A DNA stretch of 64,000 bases from Eledone cirrhosa. Its lineage: Eukaryota. The first letter of the stretch is position 1; the number at the start of each line of letters is the position of its first letter. The notes under the pieces are model-generated. The model saw nothing but the letters and a program-made list of their open reading frames with translations, made no database searches and was not told where the DNA came from. The position numbers were made by a program, and so were the translations under genes. Below, one piece after another: positions 27,766-38,237 of this stretch. The stretch is from assembly GCA_964016885.1 (NCBI GenBank), contig OZ024742.1:371628001-371692000 (forward strand). The letters run 5' to 3'.

Positions 27766-30663
27766 ATAATAAATACAATTAACTATTGCTAGGAACATAT
27801 AAACATATATAATAAATACAATTAATTATTGTTAAGAACAAATAAACATATATAATAAATACAATTAATTATTGCTAGGAACATATAAACATATATAATA
27901 AATACAATTAATTATTCCTAGGAACATATAAACATATAATAAATACAATTAATTATTGCTAGGAACATATAAACATATATAATAAATACAATTAATTATT
28001 GCTAGGAACATATAAACATATAATAAATACAATTAATTATTGTTAGGAACATATAAACATATATAGTAAATACAATTAATTATTGCTAGGAACATATAAA
28101 CATATATAATAAATACAATTAATTATTCCTAGGAACATATAAAGATATATAATAAATACAATTAATTATTGTTAGGAACATATAAACATAATAAATACAA
28201 ATAATTATTGCTAGGAACATATAAACATATATAATAAATAGAATTAATTATTGCTAGGAACATATAAACATATATAATAAATACAATTAATTATTGCTAG
28301 GAGCATATAAACATATATGATAAATACAATTAATTATTGCTATTAACATATAAACATAATTAATACAAATAATTATTGCTAGGAACATATAAACATATAT
28401 AATAAATATAATTAACTATTGCTAGGAACATATAAACATATATAATAAATATATTTAACTATTGCTAGGAACATAAAATAAATACAATTAATTATTGTTA
28501 GGAACATATAAACATATATAATAAATACAATTAATTATTGTTAGGAACATATAAACATATATAATAAATACAATTAATTATTGCTAGGAACATATAAACA
28601 TATAATTAATTATTGCTAGGAACATATATAATAAATACAATTAACTATTGCTAGGAACATGTAAACATATATAATAAATACAATTAACTACTGCCAGGAA
28701 CAAATAAACATATATAATAAATACAATTAATTATTGTTAGGAACATATAAACATATAATAAATACAATTAATTATTGCTAGGAACATATAAACATATATA
28801 ATAAATACAATTAATTATTGCTAGGAACATATAAACATATATAATAAACACAATTAACTATTGCTAGGAACAAATAAACATATATAATAAATACAATTAA
28901 TTATTGCTAGGAACATATAAACATATATAATAAATACAATTAACTACTGCTAGGAACATATAAACATATATAATAAACACAATTAACTATTGCTAGGAAC
29001 AAATAAACATATATAATAAATACAATTAATTATTGCTAGGAACATATAAACATATATAATAAATACAATTAATTATTGCTAGGAACATATAAACATATAT
29101 AATAAATACAATTAATTATTGCTAGGAACATATAAACATATATAATAAATATAATTAATTATTGTTAGGAACATATAAACATATATAATAAATACAATTA
29201 ATTATTGCTAGGAACATATAAAGATATATAATAAATACAATTAACTATTGCTAGGAACATATAAACATATATAATAAATATAATTAATTATTGCTAGGTA
29301 CCTATAAACATATATAATAAATACAATTAATTATTGCTAGGAACATATAAACATAATAAATACAATTAATTATTGTTAGGAACATATCAACATATATAAT
29401 AAATACAATTAATTATTGCTAGGAACATATAAACATATATAATAAATACAATTAATTATTGCTAGGAACATATAAACATATATAATAAATACAATTAACT
29501 ATTGCTAGGAACATATAAACATATATAATAAATACAATTAATTATTGCTAGGAACATATAAACATATATAATAAATACAATTAACTATTGCTAGGAACAT
29601 ATAAACATATATAATAAATACAATTAATTATTGCTAGGAACATATAAACATATATAATAAATACAATTAATTATTGCTAGGAACATATAAACATATATAA
29701 TAAATACAATTAATTATTGCTAGGAACATATAAACATATATAATAAATACAATTAACTATTGCTAGGAACATATAAACATAATAAATACAATTAATTATT
29801 GTTAGGAACATATCAACATATATAATAAATACAATTAATTATTGCTAGGAACATATAAACATATATAATAAATACAATTAATTATTGCTAGGAACATATA
29901 AACATATATAATAAATACAATTAATTATTGCTAGGAACATATAAACATATATAATAAATACAATTAACTATTGCTAGGAACATAATAAATACAATTAATT
30001 ATTGCTAGGAACATATAAACATATATAATAAATACAATTAACTACTGCCAGGAACAAATAAACATATATAATAAATACAATTAATTATTGTTAGGAACAT
30101 ATAAACATATAATAAATACAATTAATTATTGCTAGGAACATATAAACATATATAATAAATACTATTAATTATTGCTAGGAACATATAAACATATATAATA
30201 AATACAATTAACTACTGCTAGGAACAAATAAACATATATAATAAATACAATTAACTATTGCTAGGAACATATAAACATATAATAAATACAGTTAATTATT
30301 GCTAGGAACATATAAACATATAATAAATACAGTTAATTATTGCTAGGAACATATAAACATATAATAAATACAGTTAATTATTGCTAGGAACATATAAACA
30401 TATATAATAAATACAATTAACTATTGCTAGGAACATATAACCATTTATAATAAATACAATTAATTATTGCTAGGAACATATAAACATATATAATAAATAC
30501 AATTAATTATTGCTAGGAACATATAAACATATATAATAAATACAATTAATTATTGCTAGGAACATATAAACATATATAATAAATACAATTAATTATTGCT
30601 AGGAACATATAAACATATATAATAAATACAATTAATTATTGCCAGGAACATATAAACATATAT

Positions 30664-31065
30664 CATCATCATCATCATCATCGTTTAACATCCAGTGTTC
30701 CATGCTTGCATGGGTTTGGACGGGAGTTTTCCCACTTGAGGCAAGAGTGGTTGTCTTGCTCGCATAGGACTGTCTGGCGGGTTTTCTACAGTTGGATGCC
30801 CTTCCTAACACCAACCACATTTACAGTGTGGGGCTGGGAGGTTGTTACCGTGTTGCCTACACGGCCACATTACAGCGTGGACTGTCTGGCGGGTTTTCTA
30901 CAGCTGGATGCCCTTCCTAACACCAACCACATTTACAGTGAGGGACTGGGAGGTTTTTACCGTGTTGCCTACACGGTCACATTACAGCGTGGACTGTGTG
31001 TTTTTTTGTCGTGACACCTACACGATCTCATTTGTTTCGGCCTGGATTTTGTGGCACCAACATAA
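30664..31065 (-). mobile_element. 400-bp RTE 3'UTR fragment (fourth copy, slightly more diverged)
   Basis: Same ends and flanks, with a few substitutions. Confidence 0.9.
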
Positions 31066-31398
31066 ATAATAAATACAATTAACTATTGCTAGGAACATAT
31101 AAACATATATAATAAATACAATTAATTATTGTTAAGAACAAATAAACATATATAATAAATACAATTAATTATTGCTAGGAACATATAAACATATATAATA
31201 AATACAATTAATTATTGCCAGGAACATATAAACACATATAATAAATACAATTAATTGATTGCTAGGAACATATTAACATATATAATAAATACAATTAATT
31301 ATTGCTAGGAACATATAAACACATATAATAAATACAATTAATTGATTGCTAGGAACATATTAACATATATAATAAATACAATTAATTATTGCTAGGAA

Positions 31399-32354
31399 CA
31401 TCATCATCATCATCATCATCATTTAACGGCCATATTCCACGCTTGCATGGGTTTGTACGTGAGTTTTCCCACTTGAGGCAAGAGTGGTTGTCTTGCTCGC
31501 ATAGGACGGCGGGTTTTCTACGGCTGGATGCCCTTCCTAACACCAACCTCATTTACAGTGTAGAACTGGGAGGTTTTTACCGTGTTACCTACACGGCCAC
31601 ATTTACAGCGTGGACTGTGTGTTTTTTTGTCGTGACACTTACACGACCTCATTTGTTTCGGGCTGGATGTTGTGGTACCAACATAACTTTACATTGAAAG
31701 GGGTGGTGTGGATGGGGTGGGGATAGTGGGGCGGGTGTGTATTTTGTTAGAAGTGCCTACTGACTGTAGTAGGTTTTACTTAGGAAAGGCGAGTCTTCTC
31801 TATTACTGTATAGCGCCAAAGCTCTCGGTCCAGTGACATTGTCTTGGAGAGGTGTAAGTGTGTGAGGTCGGAATTTATCAAGTCGTCCCAGGTTTTTCTG
31901 GGTCTGCCTACTCCGTGGCTACCGTCTATTTTTATTGCCCTTCACTTTTTTATACAGCTGTCGTCTTTCATGCGCATCACGTGACCATACCAACGTAGTC
32001 TTCTCTTGAGTAAACAACATCTGATCCCTCTTATTTCTAATTTTTCCCTTAGTTTGTTTATGCTTTGCCGTTCACGTATATTACTGTTACACATCCAGCG
32101 GAGTATGCAAGCTTCGTTCCTCTCCAGTCTGCGTATATCCTCTGCACACAATGCCTAGGTCTGACTGCCATGCAACATTGCTGTTCGTATGCAGGGATCA
32201 TACAGCCTGCCTTTCATTTTTAGGGAGAATCCTTTAGCGGCTAATAGTGGTATAAGCTCTCTGTGTAAGCTACTGTACTTTCAGAGCACCCTCCCCCACT
32301 GCTGATTTTGTCACCCAGGTAACGGAAGCTGTCCACTATTTCTATAGAACCATC
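31399..32354 (-). mobile_element. 5'-truncated, decayed RTE (subfamily B)
   Basis: Homologous to 114-1104, with a deletion near 32265 and a broken frame. Probable short TSD GAA(CAT). Confidence 0.9.
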
Positions 32355-32486
32355 GAACATATAAACATATATAATAAATACAATTAATTATTGCTAGGAA
32401 CATATAAACATATATACGAAATACAATTAATTATTGCTAGGAACATATAAACATATATAATAAATACAATTAATTATTGCTAGGAA

Positions 32487-34040
32487 CATCATCATCACCA
32501 TCATCATCACCGTTTTACGTCCGTTCTTCCATGCTAGCTTGGGTACGACGGGTTGTCCTGTTGTGGGCAGTATCTGGTCGGCCGACCATGCCTTGCTCAT
32601 ACAGGAACTGATCTGGCTTGATTTCTACAGCTGGATGCCCTTCCTAACACCAACCTCATTTACAGTGAGTGCTGGGTGCTTTTTCGTGGCGCCTACACGT
32701 CCACTTTACAGTGTGGGCTGGGTGCTTTTTTGCCGTGGCACCTCCACGACCACCTTGCGGTGGGGGGGAGGGGGGGCATATTGTTTATATGCTTCAGCAT
32801 GTACCCATGGGAGGTCGGGTACCCTGTATTACTGCGTGACGCCAGAAGTCACGGTCGTGTGTCATTGACTTTGAGAGGTGTAGTTGGGTAAGGTCGGCTT
32901 TTATCACCTCATCCCAAGTCATCTTGGGTCTCCCCACTCCGCGGTTTCCATCAACTTCTAGTGCTCTGCACCTTTTTATGCAGCTGTCATCCTTCATACG
33001 CATCACATGTCCATACCAGCGTAACCGCCTCTCCTGCACGCAGCATTTGATTCCTCTTATGCTCAGTCTCTCTCTCAATTCATTTATGCTTTGTCGTTCA
33101 CGTATATTACTGTTACACATCCATCGGAGCATGCAGGCTTCGTTTCTCTCTAATCTACGTAAGTCTTCCACCTTCAGCGCCCAGATCTCACTACCATGTA
33201 ACATTGCTGTTCAGATACACGCATCATACAGTCTGCCTTTCATTTTTGGGGAGAAGCCTTTTGCAGCTAGCAGTGGTAGCAGTTCCCTGAACTTCTTCCA
33301 TCCTGTTCTTACCCTAGTTATTGTACTTTCCGAACACCCACCTCCGCTGCTAATCCGGTCACCTAGGTAGCAGAAGCTGTCTACTGTCTCTACAGAGCCC
33401 TACCAGAGATTGGTGGTACTTGTTTCATGTGGCTGTTTGCTGCTTGCTGTCCCAGTACAGCTGCTGCATGTGAAGCCTACATTCTTAATTAAGCTTCCTG
33501 AGATCCCGCTACATCTCTTGTGTACCCATTGTTTGCATTTGGGGAAGAGAATGGAGTTCCTACCTACACCTTTCCTACATACTGATCAAGGCCATTTCCC
33601 TGAGGGTATCTGGGTTCTTTTTTCTCGTCTACTTACAAGGACCTTAGTCTTTGTCATGTTGACTTTGAGACCCTTTCTTTCTAGTCCCTGCTTCCAAGTT
33701 TGGAATTTCTTCTCTAGTTCTACCATAGATTCAGCTATAAGTGCGAGGTCATCAGTATACAGGAGTTCCCATGGGCATCCGGTCTTAAACTCCTCCGTTA
33801 TTGCCTGCAGGACTATGATGAACTGGAGAGGGCTAAGAACAGTGCCCTGGTGGACCCCAACCTGTACGCTAAATTCCTCGCTATACTCATTGCTAATCCT
33901 AACTTTGCTGACTGCTCCCCTATACATGGCTTGTACAGCTTTCACAAGCCATTCATCTACTCCTAGTTTTCTACGAGCCCACCAGATTACAGCACGTGGA
34001 ACTCTGTCAAAGGCTTTCTCGAGATCGACGAATGCCAGGT
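32487..34040 (-). pseudogene. 5'-truncated RTE (subfamily A) with stop and frameshift
   Basis: Homologous to 7458-8999. ORF broken into pieces (32794-33204, 33586-34040); YADD>YTDD. Confidence 0.92.
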
Positions 34041-34174
34041 TTGGCAGTATCGGTAGAGGGTCGGAGACCAGGACGGTGGATTGGCAGTCGGTAGAGGGTC
34101 GGACACCAGGACGGTGGATTAGTTTCACGCATAGTGATTCTAAGGACATGATTTATGATATATATATATATATA

Positions 34175-34209
<35 letters not shown>

Positions 34210-34846
34210 TGTGGATTGGCAGTATCGGTAGAGGGTCGGACACCAGGGCAGTGGATTGGCAGTATCGGTAGAGGGTCGGACACCAGGGCAGTGGATTGGC
34301 AGTATCGGTAGAGGGTCGGACACCAGGACGGTGGATTGGCAGTATCGGTAGAGGGTCGGACACCAGGACGGTGGATTGGCAGTATCGGTAGAGGGTCGGA
34401 CACCAGGGCAGTGGATTGGCAGTGTCAGTAGAGGGTCGGACACCAGGACGGTGGATTGGCAGTATTGGTAGAGGGTTGGACACCAGGACGGTGGATTGGC
34501 AGTATCGGTAGAGGGTCGGACATCAGGACGGTGGATTGGCAGTCGGTAGAGGGTCGGACACCAGGACGGTGGATTGGCAGTCGGTAGAGGGTCGGACACC
34601 AGGACGGTGGATTGGCAGTATCGGTAGAGGGTCGGACACCAGGACGGTGGATTGGCAGTGTCGGTAGAGGGTCGGACACCAGGACGGTGGATTGGCAGTG
34701 TCGGTAGAGGGTCGGACACCAGGACGGTGGATTGGCAGTATCGGTAGAGGGTTGGACACCAGGACGGTGGATTGGCAGTGTCGGTAGAGGGTCGGACACC
34801 AGGGCAGTGGATTGGCAGTGTCGGTAGAGGGTCGGACGCCAGGGCG
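34041..34846 (+). repeat. 40-bp GC-rich minisatellite derived from a SINE 5' head
   Basis: GTGGATTGGCAGTATCGGTAGAGGGTCGGACACCAGGACG: 16 units from 34211 (two are 38 bp) plus about 2 units at 34041-34120, separated by (TA)n(CA)n. Confidence 0.92.
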
Positions 34847-35034
34847 GTGGATTGGCAGTGTCGATAGAGGGTCGGACGCCATGCTTTGCAGCAAAGAGTT
34901 ACGGCCCTTTATGGTCTGAGTTCAAATGCCGCCGAGGTTAACTTTGCCTTTCATCCTTACGGGGTCGATAAAATAAAGTACCAGTAATACACTGGAATAA
35001 TTGCTGGCCTTGTGCCAAAAGTAGAAACAATTAT
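34842..35034 (+). mobile_element. tRNA-derived SINE
   Basis: A-box-like TGGCAGTGTCGA, B-box GAGTTCAAATGCC, tail ggggtcgataaaataaagtaccagt. Confidence 0.88.
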
Positions 35035-35083
35035 TGCATATACTTCCATTTGTTAATGCTTTCATTTTACTAAATACTTAAAA

Positions 35084-35233
35084 GGTGGTAGATTGAAAGA
35101 ATCAGTAGAGCATCGGACAATGTTTTGTGGTGTAGTGTTACAGCTTTTTACATACTGATTTCAAATCCCACTCAGCTTTTCGTTCTTACGGGGGACGATA
35201 AAATAAAGTATCAGTAACGCACTAGGTCGATTT
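35084..35233 (+). mobile_element. Diverged SINE of the same family
   Basis: gatttcaaatccc B box and gataaaataaagtatcagt tail. Confidence 0.75.
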
Positions 35234-35308
35234 GTGGTAGTAGTAGTAGTAGTAGGCTAAACGTAAAGCTAGACATTTTATTCATTATGTCTTCCAATTT
35301 CATGTTGA

Positions 35309-35493
35309 TAATAATTGTTTCTACTTTTGGCACAAGGCCAGCAATTATCTCAGTGCATTACTGGTACTTTATTTTATCGACCCCGTAAGGATGAAAGGCA
35401 AAGTTAACTGGCGGGATTTGAACTCAGAATGGCAAGGGCCATAACTCTATGTGTGAAAGCATGGTAACTGACGCTCTACTGATACTGCCAACC
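35309..35493 (-). mobile_element. SINE of the same family, inverted
   Basis: Reverse complement of 34850-35034. Confidence 0.88.
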
Positions 35494-35789
35494 ATGTTGA
35501 TAATATGAATGAGGGTAATGCCAGATTTTAACAATGTCAGATCTGATGAAAATAAAAAGAATCAAGTAATTTTAACATTAAATAAAAAAAAAAAAAGAAG
35601 AAAGAATAGCTGGACAGATTTCATGGGCAAAACCAACCAGTAGGAGACCCAGGGGTAGAACCCAAGCCAGATAGCTGGATAACATCCATGAGCTTGGCTG
35701 GTCTCACTTGCAGATCCAGCTGGATCAGTTGGAGTCAGTTGCTTCTGACAGGACCTACTGGAAGGAGGGTTTCAGGAATCTCATTTCTA

Positions 35790-35918
35790 CACCTGAGTAA
35801 ACTGGAGTAATGTGAAATAAAGTGTCTTGCTGAAGGAAATAACACATCACCGAGAATTGAACTCACAACCTTTCGATTGCAAGCCCAATGCTCTAACCAC
35901 TAAGCCATGCGCCTTCAC
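35790..35918 (-). mobile_element. Second tRNA-derived SINE family (5' part)
   Basis: Minus strand shows A box TGGCTTAGTGG, B box GAGTTCAATTC, then a core-like CCTTCAGCAAGACACTTTA. Confidence 0.8.
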
Positions 35919-35984
35919 TGGATTGAATTGACTGGTGATATACCATAACACAAAAGATACTTCATATAATCTAATGATTTGTTA

Positions 35985-36007
35985 TGTTTTTCTATTTTGT
36001 TTTACAG
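35985..36007 (+). promoter_or_regulatory. U2-type 3' splice site (polypyrimidine tract + CAG)
   Basis: T-rich tract ending in ttttacag immediately before the DCP2-coding frame. Confidence 0.85.
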
Positions 36008-36159
36008 CCGTTTCATCATCAACATCCCACAAGAGGAACGACTTAATCCCATCCGTATCTTCTTCCAGATAGAACTAGCTCATTGGTTCTATTTAGATTT
36101 TTATTGTATAGAGAATCCAGATTTACATACGTGTGGAATCAAAGACTTCTCCTCTCAAA
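36008..36159 (+). CDS. DCP2: Internal coding exon of mRNA-decapping enzyme 2 (Dcp2 Box A domain)
   Basis: A pyrimidine-rich acceptor (ttttctattttgttttacag) precedes 1 nt + 50 codons + 1 nt reading (S)[50 protein letters not shown]. This matches the metazoan Dcp2 Box A as I recall it (human [33 protein letters not shown]...CGIRDF). The exon ends at the donor GTATCCTTT. Confidence 0.95.
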
Positions 36160-36169
36160 GTATCCTTTT
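36160..36169 (+). promoter_or_regulatory. U12-type (minor spliceosome) 5' splice site
   Basis: GTATCCTTTT directly after the DCP2 exon matches the RTATCCTTT U11-binding consensus, not the U2-type GTRAGT. Confidence 0.9.
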
Positions 36170-36208
36170 TAATTGATTGATTGAAATAGGTCATCTATTG
36201 CAGCTTTT

Positions 36209-36477
36209 ATCATCACCACCACCACCATCATCATCATCACCAACACCACCACAACCATCATCATCACCACCACCATCATCATCATCACTATCATCATCAC
36301 CACCAATATCACCACCACCACCATCGTCATCATCTCCACCACTACCACCATCATCACCATCACCACCACCACCACCACCACCGCACTACCATCACCACCA
36401 CCACCACTATCATCATCATCACCACCACTACCACCATCACCACCACCACTACCACCATCACCACCACCACCCCATCA
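36209..36477. repeat. (CAT/CAC)n compound microsatellite
   Basis: Directly visible. Confidence 0.95.
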
Positions 36478-36596
36478 CACTTTGTTCCACCTCCAAAGGT
36501 AATTTATTTGATTTTCTTAACTATTATTATTGTCATTTACATTGGGACAGCTACATTTCAAATTTTTTTCAAAGTTTCTTAAATCAATAAGATATA

Positions 36597-38050
36597 GTTA
36601 TGACAGTGTTATATTTAAACTAGACCCTCTCATAAGTGTTATGACAGTGTTATATTTAAATTAGACCCTCTCATAAGTGTTATGACTTATATTTAAACTG
36701 GACTCTCATAAGTGTTATGACAGTGTTATATTTAAACTAGACCCCCTCATAAGTGTTATGACAGTATTATATTTAAACTAGACCCTCTCATAAGTGTTAT
36801 GACTGTTATATTTAAACTAGACCCTCTCATAAGTGTTATGACAGTGTTATATTTAAACTGGACTCTCATAAGTGTTATGACGGTGTTATATTTAAACTGG
36901 ACTCTCATAAGTGTTATGACAGTGTTATATTTAAACTAGACTCTCTCATCTCTCTCTATATAAAACTGAGGATGTCTGTCTGTGTGTGTGTGTGAGTTTC
37001 AATCCCTAAAACTCGAGAACCACCCAACCGACTGTTTTCAAACTTTACACATGTAATACTTATGTCTCGGGAGTATTCTGAGCAAAAAAGATTTCAAATT
37101 TTCAATGCCCTAGGGACCGCATTAGGCGATTTAGCGATCTCTCTCTATAATTCTTTCTCTTTTTAGATAGATACATACATATAATGTTGCGCCCTTATAA
37201 TATCTGTCTGTATGTCTGGCTGTCTGCATTACGTCACTTCCCTGAGGATGTCTGTGTGTGTGTCTGTGAGTTTGAATCCTGAAAACTCGAGAAGTACCCA
37301 ACCGACTGTTTTCAAACTTTACATGTGTATTACTTATGTTTCAGGGAGTGTTATGCACATAAATAAATTCAATATTTTGATCTCCTACGGCCCGCATTAG
37401 GTGAAAAACTGCATTTTTAAAGCTTTTTAGGGCTTTTTGGAGGTGTTACGTCTAACCGATTTGCCCGAAATTTCAAAGCATATTATGCACATAAAAAAAT
37501 TCATTTTCATGATCCCTAGGGCCGGCATTAGGTGAAAACCTGCATTTTTCCTGCTTCATCGAGGAAAATCTTAAAGATTAACCAGCTACCAGAGTATTCG
37601 ATTTATTTTCTTTACATATTGTCCAGGCATGCAGTTTTTCCACGATTAGGTCTGTTGGCGGTCCGCGTTCCAAAATACCTTATCCCGTGCAACGCCGCGT
37701 ACCACTGCTAGTAAGTGTTATGACTGTTCCACAGTGTTTTGTTTAAACTAGACTCTCTCATAAGTGTTATGACAGTGTTATATGTAAACTAGAATCTCTC
37801 ATAAGTGTTATGGCAGTGTTATATTTAAACTAGACCCCCTCATAAGTGTTATGACAGTGTTATATTTAAACTACTCTCTCTCATAAGTGTTATAACAGTG
37901 CTATATTTAAACTAGAATCTCTCATAAGTGTTATAACAGTGTTATATTTGAACTAGACTCTCATAAGTGTTATGACAATGTTCCACAGTGTTATATTTAA
38001 ACTAGACTCTCTCATAAGTGTTATGACAGTGTTATATTTAAACTAGACTC
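36597..38050. repeat. 41-bp minisatellite (ATAAGTGTTATGACAGTGTTATATTTAAACTAGACCCTCTC), split by a Helitron
   Basis: Tandem units at 36597-36948 and 37712-38050. Confidence 0.93.
36949..37711 (+). mobile_element. Non-autonomous Helitron (763 bp)
   Basis: ctctctca|TCTCTCTCTATATAAAA ... cccgtgcaacgccgcg-taccactgCTAG|taagtg: 5' TC, 3' CTAG with a GC-rich subterminal hairpin-like motif, A|T target, no TSD. Internal ~160-bp duplication. Confidence 0.88.
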
Positions 38051-38237
38051 ATGTGTTTTAAGGCCATTTTCTTTGTTATAACGGGGGTTAGTTAGCCTTG
38101 CAGGCTTTCATGGTTCCCTTTTTAAGGCAATGTTTTGCAGCCAGATATTTTACCTGTTGCTGACCCATTAGTTCTTACAACATACAAGGGGATGGTGTAC
38201 CTCCTTTAAATAATAGTGTACCTATTCTAAACCAGAA

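Larger units (their letters stand above)
25676..32486. repeat. 43-bp satellite block (interrupted by RTE fragments)
   Basis: Same monomer, more diverged around 28.2-28.7 kb. Confidence 0.96.

Noticed and set aside
1-32486. CRISPR-like appearance of regular repeats
   Set aside because: Head-to-tail monomers with no unique spacers, no cas genes, and a eukaryotic context.
34007-34894. Repetitive Pro/Cys-rich ORFs
   Set aside because: Translation of a stop-free 40-bp minisatellite in several frames.
35850-35918. tRNA gene
   Set aside because: A and B boxes are present but run into a SINE body with no intact acceptor stem.
35979-36176. 65-aa ORF as a stand-alone gene
   Set aside because: Only 36008-36159 is Dcp2-like; both ends are intronic read-through.
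36169-36590. Poly-Pro/His and poly-Val/Met ORFs
   Set aside because: Microsatellite translation downstream of the splice donor.
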